From a virus, in IMG/VR virus record IMGVR_UViG_3300020048_000027, positions 64,001 through 128,000 of that record: 64,000 bases of DNA; one strand, written 5' to 3'. This document shows positions 1-9,238 of the stretch, piece by piece. The position numbers and the translations under genes were made by a program. The notes beneath the pieces are model-generated. The model saw only the letters and a program-made list of their open reading frames with translations, did not search any database and was not told where the DNA came from. Every line of letters begins with the position of its first letter. The stretch's first letter is position 1.

Positions 1-222
1 AAGCTTTTGCTACCCCTAAAACTAAAATTGCTGAAAGACCTACTATTATTAGAATAGCTAAACCTATCCATAAAGGAGCAGTTACCCACCACCAAGACCA
101 GTCTATGGTGCCTGTAAGTTTTAATACTAGAAAAATTAAAAAGAGTACTGTGCCTAATCCGGCTGATGATTTATTTTCCATAATGCTTTGTTTGTTTTAA
201 CTATACCTAAATATAAGAAGAA

Positions 223-236
223 GCCTCCGAAGAGGC
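223..236 (-). terminator. GCCTC-TTCG-GAGGC hairpin plus TTCTTCTT inside the promoter spacer (second copy 562-575)
   Basis: Perfect stem with UUCG loop and pyrimidine tail, just downstream of the upstream gene's stop. Confidence 0.65.
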
Positions 237-243
237 AACTTTT

Positions 244-516
244 TTATTGATTTTCTCTTACTGCTTTTAAAAATGCTTCAACTACAAAATGATCTCCACT
301 AAAATATCCTAATTGCTCAAGATTGCCATCTTCAATATCATTTAAAATATTTCCTAGTGTTCTATAAGAATCAATCTGATAGATTATACTTCCAAGATTT
401 CTATAATGATTTCTATAGGATTCTACCGTGTCATCTAAATCAGACCTACGATCGTCATAGATACATGTTGCTACTTGTATAAGTGTTTGTTTTGCAGTTG
501 ATAATAAATTTCCCAT
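244..516 (-). CDS. hypothetical early protein
   Basis: ORF with its own promoter copy. Confidence 0.7.
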   Translation of the reverse strand: MGNLLSTAKQTLIQVATCIYDDRRSDLDDTVESYRNHYRNLGSIIYQIDSYRTLGNILNDIEDGNLEQLGYFSGDHFVVEAFLKAVRENQ

Positions 517-1084
517 AATTTTATATTTGTTTTTAATTATTATATCTAAAGATAAGAAGAAGCCTCCGAAGAGGCAACTTTATTTTTAAAATTTATCACT
601 AATGTAGACTATTTGTGCAGATGTTAATTCAACCTTACACCTCTCAGCTACTTGTGCTACTAGGTTAGGACTTACCAAGTCACTAGATATTTTAAAGTTT
701 ATGATACTTAGAATTACTGTTCTCATATTTTCACTTACAATCATCTTTAATATAGTTTAATTATACCTAAATATACGAAGAATAAATAAGGTAAGCAACT
801 AATCACTTATCTTCTTTATACTTAATTTACTATAATTGGTTATTTATTAATGTTTGAATTATTTCTAAGACATCTGCTTCTGTATACAAATTATCTGTTT
901 TCCAATAATTTCTCCCATCTTTTCTGTCTTGTACTGCTTCAATGTTTTGTTCATTCAACCATTGTCGTGTAGTCATAAATTGTGGAACCATAATCTTTAT
1001 TGTTTTTAATTATACCTAAATATAAGAAAAATATTAATATAAAACAACTTTATACTAATATTTTTCTTACCTTAATTTAAATTA

Positions 1085-1513
1085 CTAATACATCATACAT
1101 TCATTCCTAAATTTCTCAACCAACTCATCCATCATTTTACTTACATCCCCATCCATATTCTTAACAACTACCTCATCCTTAATAACCTCATTCCTAACTT
1201 GAAAATCAATACTAACAACTTCCTTAACCTTATAACCTTCATTTAACAATCCTCTTCCATAAAAATCTCCCCCACCTAACTTAATTCCTTTTACCTCCAA
1301 AATACTTACCCTTAACTTTTCTTCTATCTTTCTTACTTCCTCTATTCCATTATTAACTTCCCCTACTAATTTTCTATATTCCTTTATTAAATACTTATTT
1401 TTACTTTCAAACTCCTCTAAAACCTTATTATTTTCCTTTTCCTTACCCTCTCTAATCCTTTTACTAATTAAATTTACTAAACTTTCAATCTCATAATTTT
1501 TTAAATTTCCCAT
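1085..1513 (-). CDS. hypothetical early protein with an almost C-free coding strand
   Basis: 142-aa ORF with its own promoter; leader identical to that of 244..516. Confidence 0.8.
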   Translation of the reverse strand: MGNLKNYEIESLVNLISKRIREGKEKENNKVLEEFESKNKYLIKEYRKLVGEVNNGIEEVRKIEEKLRVSILEVKGIKLGGGDFYGRGLLNEGYKVKEVVSIDFQVRNEVIKDEVVVKNMDGDVSKMMDELVEKFRNECMMY

Positions 1514-1577
1514 AATTTTATATTTGTTTTTAATTATTATACCTAAATATACGAAATAACTTTGTAACTAGCAACTT

Positions 1578-1847
1578 TTACACTATGTTTGTTTTAAAAT
1601 ATTTTTGTTTTATAATGTAATAGTAATATAGCTTCCTACTATCGGATGCTGTTTTCCATAGTATTCTCTTATATAAACCTTTCTCTAACCCCCTTCTTAA
1701 CATCTCCGCATATTTCTTATTACTTTCATAAGAAGAACTTCTGTAATAATTAAATACTTTTTCCTGTATTTGAGATTCTGTTTGAGGGTTTGAAGTTTCA
1801 AGAAACTTAACAATTTCCTTTACTGAACGGTATTGGGCTGTTTTCAT
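1578..1847 (-). CDS. hypothetical protein, possibly winged-helix-like (likely start MKTAQY)
   Basis: ORF; the promoter at 1865-1904 places the start at 1847. Confidence 0.6.
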   Translation of the reverse strand: MKTAQYRSVKEIVKFLETSNPQTESQIQEKVFNYYRSSSYESNKKYAEMLRRGLEKGLYKRILWKTASDSRKLYYYYIIKQKYFKTNIV

Positions 1848-1922
1848 AATATGTTTGTTTTTAATTATACCTAAATATACGAACAATAATTAAGGTAGGC
1901 AACTAATTACCTACCTTTTTTA

Positions 1923-2219
1923 TTACCTGCTTATAACCTTCTCAATAGCTTCAGATCCCATATTTACCATATCTAATACTAAGTTCCAATTCCCTTCATC
2001 TGCTTGCCATTCTATTTCAAATGGTTTGTGTTTCATTCCCCAATTTGATAAAGCAAAACCCATTCCGGACATTTTAAATTCCTCCCTATCATTTTTAGAA
2101 AACCTAATTGTACCTTTGTTATCACACATACAAGAAACTGTGTAAACTATTACTTCTTTTGCCCCTTGTTTAATTTCTAATTTAGGAGGACTAATTCTTA
2201 ATTCTGAATACCTACTCAT
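1923..2219 (-). CDS. hypothetical protein
   Basis: ORF with its own promoter. Confidence 0.7.
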   Translation of the reverse strand: MSRYSELRISPPKLEIKQGAKEVIVYTVSCMCDNKGTIRFSKNDREEFKMSGMGFALSNWGMKHKPFEIEWQADEGNWNLVLDMVNMGSEAIEKVISR

Positions 2220-2465
2220 AACCTATATTGTTTTTTAATTATACCTAAATATACGAACAATAATTAAGTTAGACAACTTTTATTTAAGTTATTCTAAGTC
2301 ATTTCCATGTTCATCTAAATATTCCCCCCAATCTATCCTATCATCAGGATGACATTGACTATTCCAATCATTCCAAGCTTTTCTTAATTCTACTAATGTT
2401 ACCATATTTTCTTTTAACTATACCTAAATATAAGAACTTTAATTAAGTTAGACAACTTTATTTAC

Positions 2466-2759
2466 CTATTTCTTTATAATAGTCCTGATTATATTTTCTA
2501 TTCCTGTAGGAACTACCTGTTCATTTGTATTCTGAAGATATACAGGACCTGTGTAAGTAAACGTATTAAACTCAGGATTAACAAGTTCTTCTCTAGGGGA
2601 AGGCTGTCTTACAATTTCTGTTATCCTTCTAGCTCCATCAAAGGACCTAAATTCATTGCAGGTAGTCCTATACCAATTACCTTTAATCTGCACCTCTAGT
2701 ACAGCAGCTGTATTGAAGTCATACTTCTTCTTTACTGTTCCTCCCTTTTTCTCTCCCAT
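2466..2759 (-). CDS. hypothetical protein
   Basis: ORF. Confidence 0.65.
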   Translation of the reverse strand: MGEKKGGTVKKKYDFNTAAVLEVQIKGNWYRTTCNEFRSFDGARRITEIVRQPSPREELVNPEFNTFTYTGPVYLQNTNEQVVPTGIENIIRTIIKK

Positions 2760-2803
2760 AAAAAAATATTAAGTTAAACAACTAATCACCTACCTTTTTT
2801 CAC

Positions 2804-3049
2804 TCACTTTTCTAGTAAGTACCAACTAGACATTCCTTCCTCAAAAAACATTTTTACTTCTTCTTCACTTTCAAATACAAGTTTCTCCTCGTCCTCTTTC
2901 ATTTCATTAATTTCTTCTTCATCATAATCTTCACTCAACTCCTCTAATACAAACTCCTCTAAAGTCTTACCTTCTTTCAAATCAAAGAATTCAATATCAT
3001 TCTCCATCATTCCCCAATCATTTGTAACTATAACTTTTAATACTCTCAT
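2804..3049 (-). CDS. highly acidic small protein (possible DNA mimic)
   Basis: About 28 D/E versus 8 K/R in 81 aa; own promoter. Confidence 0.6.
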   Translation of the reverse strand: MRVLKVIVTNDWGMMENDIEFFDLKEGKTLEEFVLEELSEDYDEEEINEMKEDEEKLVFESEEEVKMFFEEGMSSWYLLEK

Positions 3050-3122
3050 AATATGTTTGTTTTTAATTATACCTAAATATATGAAAAAGAATTAAGGTAC
3101 CCAACTAAATGACTACCTTTTT

Positions 3123-3359
3123 TTAAATTTGTTTAAGCGGATAATAGTAAATCACGCCTAAATCCATTTCCCTATCCCTCTCACATTCAGTTGTAAAGCC
3201 AAAGGGTTTTAAAATATCCTTTAACTCCTCTAAATTAACCTTATCCCAATCCCCAAATTTAAGGTAAGGATGAGTATTCATAAAAGCATAACTACTATCA
3301 ATTTCTTTATCTGTCCAAACCTCTAAAACTCCTAAAACATCTCTACTTATATAATTCAT
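3123..3359 (-). CDS. hypothetical protein
   Basis: ORF with its own promoter. Confidence 0.65.
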   Translation of the reverse strand: MNYISRDVLGVLEVWTDKEIDSSYAFMNTHPYLKFGDWDKVNLEELKDILKPFGFTTECERDREMDLGVIYYYPLKQI

Positions 3360-3446
3360 AATATCTATTTGTTTTTAATTATACCTAAATATAAGAACTT
3401 TATTTAATATAAGCAACTAATCTTTTTTAAAAAAACATTGTTACTT

Positions 3447-3486
3447 AGTTGCCTGACAAAGATAAGTTTCGTATCTTTAGGTATAG
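3447..3486 (+). promoter_or_regulatory. Divergent (+ strand) copy of the phage promoter
   Basis: AGTTGCCTGACAAAGATAAGTTTCGTATCTTTAGGTATAG matches the consensus and spacing. Confidence 0.75.
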
Positions 3487-3490
3487 ATGA

Positions 3491-3586
3491 AGATCTAGGG
3501 GCGTAGTGTAACACCAACACTGGAAGAGTAGACGGGCGGGTACCTCACAGTCTGCAAAACCCTAAACACCCTCTATGTGCAGATCT
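3491..3586 (+). ncRNA. candidate structured small RNA
   Basis: GC-rich, no ORF (ATG AAG ATC TAG); nested pairings TAGGG/CCCTA, AGTGT/ACACT, GTAGAC/GTCTGC, flanked by AGATCT. Confidence 0.4.
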
Positions 3587-3623
3587 CACCCCATATCCCT
3601 AATCTCCCTATATACCCCTTTTT

Positions 3624-3730
3624 CCTTGATAGAGGTAAAAATCCTTGATAGAGTGCTTTTTCCTTGATAGAGTGCTTTTTCCTTGATAGAGGTAAAAATC
3701 CTTGATAGAGTGCTTTTTCCTTGATAAGAC
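3624..3730. repeat. Six tandem 19-bp repeats with core CCTTGATAGAG (iteron-like)
   Basis: Cores start at 3624, 3643, 3662, 3681, 3700 and 3719; linkers are GTAAAAAT or TGCTTTTT. Confidence 0.95.
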
Positions 3731-3902
3731 TAAATTGCTTGAATGGAAGGACAAAGCTTGAATAGGTGTTTCCTATGGTAGAATTTAAGCATATCCCTTA
3801 AAAGTACTATAGCAACTTCCCCTTTGACTATGTAAAATCTCTAAGATATACTATAACTTTGTTACTTGTACTTGTTTTTAGATGTTTTTCCATAGGGACT
3901 CC

Positions 3903-4157
3903 CTATACTACTTTACTTTTTCGTATTCTTTTAAGAGTCTCTCGTAAGGACTCACGTAGTACATTATTAAAGGTAGTTAGCATCTCTAGATCTTCCAAGG
4001 AAGGGTCGGCAGGTAGGTGCTTCCTGTTAAAGTTAACTATGAGTTTTTCTAAGGCTCCCTTATGACTCAAAGAATCAGCACTATTAATCACCTTAAGTAC
4101 CCAGAAGGTATCTGAGTATATAGATCTGTATTCAATATTTAGTCCTCTTGTTTTCAT
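3903..4157 (-). CDS. hypothetical protein
   Basis: ORF preceded by a promoter copy at ~4158-4194. Confidence 0.6.
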   Translation of the reverse strand: MKTRGLNIEYRSIYSDTFWVLKVINSADSLSHKGALEKLIVNFNRKHLPADPSLEDLEMLTTFNNVLRESLRETLKRIRKSKVV

Positions 4158-4960
4158 ACTGTAAAGATAAGAAGAATTAATCTAATCTACAACTCTCTAC
4201 CCTTATCTTTTTACCCCTCTCTCTTTAAGGTTATTTTTTTATCTATGTGAGATGATTAATAAGGCAGGAGAACGTAGGGAAGAAGGCGGGAAGATGCCGT
4301 GAGGACAGTGGGAGATACTAAAGGCGGGAGGACGTAGTGAGGATGCCGTGAGGATATCGTGAGTCTCTAGTGATTTTTCTATATTCTGAGAGAATTTATG
4401 AAGGGAGAGAGGCGCATCCCTATTCTTTACTTCCTTTCTAACATACCTGCCTTACTTTCTATTTATACACTACTATGATATCATTATAATATTACTTTAA
4501 TATCATTATTATATTATATGCATATTATTTTAACTAAATACTTACCCTTCTATTCTCCTCTTCTTATAACTATATGATTACTTTCGTTTCTTTATAGGTT
4601 TTAATAGGTTCTCTCCTTAGTTCAATTGTCTAATAAGCCTTTCTATTGTACCACTCTTACCCCTCTTCATATACGTTATTCTTTCAGTATGACTTTTATA
4701 TCTCTTTCAGTATCCTATCTCTATCTCTCCATACAGTCAATTAGGATTCAAGTATGGTCTGCTTATCAATCTCCCAATCACCTGTCAGTTCAGGATGGAA
4801 CTCCCAGAACATTCCAGATCTTAATACCTTATCGTAATCTTCTTTTGTTTTTATTTGCCAGTACATCTTAATGAATTTATCTGAGTTATACTATTGGTAT
4901 TGGTCTTTATGTTTATATCTTTCTCTCTAGTGCTTGTAGTTCTTTGATTATTACTTGAGG

Positions 4961-5158
4961 CTATTTATCTCTCCAAATTTTTACTATTTGATAGGTTCCC
5001 CAATATCCCATTCCCACTCCAAGTAAGACTATAACTATTATTAGAATCTTTTGTATTATCACAAAGCTTACTATACTTGCTATGATTGCTAGTACCGTTA
5101 AAATTAATACAACTGCTATTAAGTGATCTACTATACTGTCTTTCATTTTATTTAACAT
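4961..5158 (-). CDS. small membrane protein (2 TM)
   Basis: Two hydrophobic stretches. Confidence 0.6.
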   Translation of the reverse strand: MLNKMKDSIVDHLIAVVLILTVLAIIASIVSFVIIQKILIIVIVLLGVGMGYWGTYQIVKIWRDK

Positions 5159-5193
5159 GCTATCTTACTATTAGTTTATAAGTTATATTATAA

Positions 5194-5457
5194 TCAATCC
5201 TTAATCCTTAAACCATACTGTAGGTCAAACCAGCTAAAGGTCTGTGCAGAAGCAGTCTTACTACATCTATATGCTTTGCTTATTAAAGGAACAGCATATG
5301 CTTTAAACTCATCATGCTGTCTGGAGGTCATGGTCCATTCACTATACCATTTAGGTTCGGCTGTTGCCTGGTCTAACGTCTTACCAACCATTGCCAATTG
5401 ATACTCAATCAAATGATCAGCCAAAGTATGTCTGGTAAGTTTAAGTTTCTTTTCCAT
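5194..5457 (-). CDS. hypothetical protein (likely start MEKKLK)
   Basis: ORF 5194..5517; internal ATG preferred. Confidence 0.55.
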   Translation of the reverse strand: MEKKLKLTRHTLADHLIEYQLAMVGKTLDQATAEPKWYSEWTMTSRQHDEFKAYAVPLISKAYRCSKTASAQTFSWFDLQYGLRIKD

Positions 5458-5633
5458 CTTATTACTATTCATTCTAGTTATTCTAACTCTATCTCTAAGC
5501 CCCATTCTAACCACCAAATACCAAGCCTATAGTTTCCTGTTAACATCCTATCATAGGTCACCACCACCGTAGGCAGTAGGTATAGTTGATATAGAGGTTT
5601 ATTAAATGATATTTTCATACTCCTTTATTTATA

Positions 5634-5732
5634 TTATTAATAACTTTCCTGCAAGGCAGGTTAAATATTTTAAAAATATGTGAACTTATTAATAACTTTC
5701 CTGCAAGGCAGGTTAAATATTTTAAAAATATG
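5634..5732. repeat. Two exact 47-bp direct repeats, each containing a CCTGC-AAG-GCAGG palindrome
   Basis: 5634-5680 and 5686-5732. Confidence 0.95.
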
Positions 5733-5802
5733 CGCGAGACGAAATTAATAAGACGCCCCCTCTTCTGCCTGTACTCTTTATACTGCCTGTACTCTTCTCC
5801 TT

Positions 5803-6240
5803 TTAATATTTATTCCAACCCGTTCGCCTAGCTTTCAATAGTCTATTACTTCTATATCCAATATATTCTAAAAATTCATCCGTTGGCTTTACTCCATGCA
5901 CTAATACATAATGTGGTGCAAAATCTTCCGGCCATATCCATTCATCTGTTTGATATTCTTGATTACCCAGTCTTTCGCCCGTAATTCTACTTTTAGTCGA
6001 ACCCATATAACCAATTTCCTTTGCCGTTTTCTCTTTCAATCGTATCAATTCGTAAATATCGTTTGCCTCTACTGGTGATAATACGTTTGGAATTGGTATT
6101 GGATACTCAACTTTATCTCTGGATGATATCATTTCTCGTGTTATTGAAGTCCTACCATCAGCTGATGTCATTGTTACCATGTGAGGTGGTTTTTTCCAAT
6201 ATCCCTCTATGTTTCTACCTTTATAATCTTTGTGTATCAT
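5803..6240 (-). CDS. hypothetical protein
   Basis: 145-aa ORF. Confidence 0.7.
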   Translation of the reverse strand: MIHKDYKGRNIEGYWKKPPHMVTMTSADGRTSITREMISSRDKVEYPIPIPNVLSPVEANDIYELIRLKEKTAKEIGYMGSTKSRITGERLGNQEYQTDEWIWPEDFAPHYVLVHGVKPTDEFLEYIGYRSNRLLKARRTGWNKY

Positions 6241-6267
6241 AATTTACCTTTCTTAAAAAAAATATGT

Positions 6268-6564
6268 TGTCGAAAGTAGAAAGTATATAGACTATGTCAA
6301 ATATAAAATCAATGTCAAAAACCTTCCTCTACCTCAAAGGCAAAGTTAAAACCTAAGTCTCAGTTACAATAGCCAATTATCTGTCTAGTTTTAAAGATTT
6401 CTCTTTCTCTATGAGCTTTCAGTAACTTGTCTATTAGTTGAGTTCTATCTCAGTTTTAGTTTTTTTGTAGTGGAAGCGAAGTTTAAATAAGGCCCATGGC
6501 CGTTTAATTGCTTAGATTGATATCTGTCTCTTATGTAGTTTTAGAAATCCTTCCACTTTCGACA
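6268..6564 (-). ncRNA. candidate ~300-nt structured RNA downstream of the coiled-coil gene
   Basis: 5' TGTCGAAAGTGGAAGG pairs with 3' CTTTCTACTTTCGACA; no long ORF. Confidence 0.55.
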
Positions 6565-6611
6565 CAAAACCAAAAGACATAGGCTTCTGCTTAGCCTTTT
6601 GGTACCATATA

Positions 6612-7523
6612 TTATTTTAACTCTTTTAAAAACATGTCAATTGTTGATTGAAAAATTGGATCAACTTCTATCTTAAGGTTAGCTGCTGCTTGAATACTTA
6701 TCTGACGTGTTACTTCAAAGTCTTTTACTGCTTGCTTTTGATCATCCACCCACTTACTGTATGCATTCTTATACTCAACATTCTGTTTTAACATAATCTC
6801 ATTCACCTCAGATTGTATATCAGCTCTCTCTTTTGCAATACGAGCATTCTCTAAGGTAGTTAAGTTTTTTACCTTTGCTTTAGAGTAGTTTACCTTTTGT
6901 TCATAATCTCTATGAAGTCCTGCTAGTTGCTCATGTAAAGTCAATAGCTCAGCTGCAGTATGATGAACCTTGATTATCATCGGAGTCCTCTTCCCTGCTT
7001 CAATTTCTATAAACTCTAAGGTTTTAATAGTAGGAAGTTCAGATCTTAATCTATCTAGCTTACCGCCTTTATGTATAAATTGTCCAATATGTGAAGCATA
7101 TGACTCAGCTTCTAGGAATTCATTATACTCTTTTGTTGACAACTGTGCCCATCCCCAGTCCTCATTTACCGCCGATGGTAAATCCTTAACAACTGATCTA
7201 GGCATTTGAGGCATTTCTACAGCATACTCATAATTTTCCTGTTGAATATTTTTAATCAGCTGATCTTTTGCTTTAATATTTTCCATTAGGAATGCCTGGG
7301 TAGCATGTAGTCTTGCTTTTTCAGTTAACATCTCTACTACACCTTTAGGCATACGGTTTCCTTGTTGATCCATGTATGTTACGTTATCAATAACTACTGC
7401 TTTGCTAGCGTTATTAATATCCGTCAATGCTGCTGTAATATCTTTTGAACGCTGATTGCATAGGTTTGAAACTGACTGTGCTGTAGACATTGATAGTCCT
7501 TTTGATGCTAATGAATTTTTCAT
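6612..7523 (-). CDS. helical/coiled-coil hypothetical protein
   Basis: 303-aa ORF, own promoter at 7551-7590. Confidence 0.8.
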   Translation of the reverse strand: MKNSLASKGLSMSTAQSVSNLCNQRSKDITAALTDINNASKAVVIDNVTYMDQQGNRMPKGVVEMLTEKARLHATQAFLMENIKAKDQLIKNIQQENYEYAVEMPQMPRSVVKDLPSAVNEDWGWAQLSTKEYNEFLEAESYASHIGQFIHKGGKLDRLRSELPTIKTLEFIEIEAGKRTPMIIKVHHTAAELLTLHEQLAGLHRDYEQKVNYSKAKVKNLTTLENARIAKERADIQSEVNEIMLKQNVEYKNAYSKWVDDQKQAVKDFEVTRQISIQAAANLKIEVDPIFQSTIDMFLKELK

Positions 7524-7655
7524 ATTTATATCTTTTATTTAATTTAGTATCTATATTTAAATATACGAATTATATTTGTATTATGCAACTTTTTACTAAG
7601 TTTTTTAAAGTATCTTATCTTCTCGGTACTACCTTAGTAATGTTGTTACTTACGT

Positions 7656-8042
7656 CTAATCTATTAAACCTACTGTAGGAAGTTTCTTTCTTATTTTAAA
7701 TTCTATTTCGCTTAACAGTCCTTCCTCATTTATAAACATTTCATTTTTTCTTCTATCTCTATCTTTATGAATATACTCCAAAACAATTGCGATTACTTTT
7801 TCAGCAAATTTTACTCCTGTTTTACTTGTATAGTAAAACTTATGGTTTGTAATTTGTATATGGTCATCTCCTATAAAAATATAGTAGTTAAGTTTCTTAT
7901 TCTCTATAAGATAGTTATCTGTTGTAGGATCAACTAGTACCGTTGTATCTAAATGCTTTAGGATAAGTTCCACAATATTTATAATTTGTGTTTCTTTTGG
8001 TGTAAAGTTAATTTTCTTCTTTAGGAAATTTATCATTTTCAT
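7656..8042 (-). CDS. hypothetical protein
   Basis: ORF. Confidence 0.65.
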   Translation of the reverse strand: MKMINFLKKKINFTPKETQIINIVELILKHLDTTVLVDPTTDNYLIENKKLNYYIFIGDDHIQITNHKFYYTSKTGVKFAEKVIAIVLEYIHKDRDRRKNEMFINEEGLLSEIEFKIRKKLPTVGLID

Positions 8043-8309
8043 AACTTTTAATGTAACTAATTAAATTATTATTTGTGTAAAGTTTTACCACATTGATGAC
8101 AGTATACAACATTATCAACCCAATGTAACCTACTAAAAGGATGAATACATGTTTCTTGTGATTCTTTTATAGGATTTTCCATTATTTAAAATTTAGAATA
8201 TAATACATTTTTGCTGTATGAATTAATTTATAACATTTAGAACCAAATTCTGTTTCATCTATTAAATTATTATAAAAGTTTATTCCTTTTGTGAATCTAG
8301 TTTCCATCT

Positions 8310-8540
8310 TTATGTTGGTAAAACTTTTACTACTCTTAGCCATACATTTTTAAAATACCATAAATATGGTTTTTCTGTCCAATGAGTTTTATTAGTACCT
8401 GCGTTAAGTAATACCATAGGCATCCCTAATAATAAAATAGGAAGTACAGGTATAAAAATTATTAACATAAGTATAAACATAAAAATGAAATACATAAAAA
8501 GTGAAATTATATCTGTAATCATTATTAGTATATTTTTCAT
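8310..8540 (-). CDS. small membrane protein
   Basis: Long hydrophobic segment. Confidence 0.55.
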   Translation of the reverse strand: MKNILIMITDIISLFMYFIFMFILMLIIFIPVLPILLLGMPMVLLNAGTNKTHWTEKPYLWYFKNVWLRVVKVLPT

Positions 8541-8595
8541 TTGATTATTTGTTTAATTATTAATGTATAACGTCTGTTTTTAGCATAACTTATAT

Positions 8596-8850
8596 CTAAA
8601 TATACGTTAAATAATCGTAGCAACCAACTTTATTTTGGAATTTAGGTATCTTTTCTATATACTTATTTAAATTACTTTTCACTATAAACCGCTTAGGAGT
8701 AATCCATATTCCAACGCTCCCTCCATTATAGCATATTTTCTTTAATCTACCTGTCTGTGTGTTAAAGATCTTTTTACATGTTGAAATTTGGATGTGTGGA
8801 TAGTCTACAAATCTCCATTTCAAAGTGTAATTAATTGATATTGAATTCAT
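8596..8850 (-). CDS. hypothetical protein (cassette-associated)
   Basis: ORF. Confidence 0.6.
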   Translation of the reverse strand: MNSISINYTLKWRFVDYPHIQISTCKKIFNTQTGRLKKICYNGGSVGIWITPKRFIVKSNLNKYIEKIPKFQNKVGCYDYLTYI

Positions 8851-8891
8851 TATGCTTTGGTATTTGTTAGTATATTAATTGTTGTAAAACA

Positions 8892-9179
8892 TTAAAGCTG
8901 ATGTTGGCTATCGTATATTTGTGAAAGTTCAGTAAAAGTATATTCTTTGTCTTTGTATAAAAACATTCCATAGCCTAAGTACCTCGCGTCTTGTTTTATC
9001 CAATCCCATAAAGTTATTTCTTCCTTTTCCTTTAACGATTTTACAACTGCGGGTAAAATTAACGCTTGCTTTTTCGCTTCTTTTAAACATTGAATAAATG
9101 CCCATTTCTCTTTTTCAAGTCCATCTAAACTATCACACATTTCTATTTTTCTCTCTAAGTACTCTATCATTTTTTCCAT
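8892..9179 (-). CDS. modular hypothetical protein spanning an attC-like core
   Basis: Reads through GCA GTT GTA (LPAVVKSL). Confidence 0.65.
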   Translation of the reverse strand: MEKMIEYLERKIEMCDSLDGLEKEKWAFIQCLKEAKKQALILPAVVKSLKEKEEITLWDWIKQDARYLGYGMFLYKDKEYTFTELSQIYDSQHQL

Positions 9180-9238
9180 AAATCTTATTTTTTTTAATTA
9201 ATTCGCTTGTAATCTTACCCGCTTAAAGTTAAAAGCAA

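Larger units (their letters stand above)
201..3418 (-). promoter_or_regulatory. Ten copies of a conserved ~40-bp promoter, AGTTG-N~16-TTC(G/T)TATATTTAGGTATA, one before almost every small gene
   Basis: Read on + as TATACCTAAATATA(A/C)GAA...CAACT at ~201-240, 540-579, 761-800, 1010-1049, 1536-1576, 1865-1904, 2239-2278, 2418-2457, 3067-3106 and 3379-3418. Resembles the Bacteroidota -33 TTG / -7 TAnnTTTG promoter. Further copies near 4160, 7551, 8590, 15397, 17683, 18949, 34245, 42930, 45272, 54685, 55700, 60751, 63330 and 63938. Confidence 0.85.

Noticed and set aside
3624-3730. CRISPR array
   Set aside because: The 19-bp period has only two alternating 8-bp linkers, no unique spacers and no cas operon.
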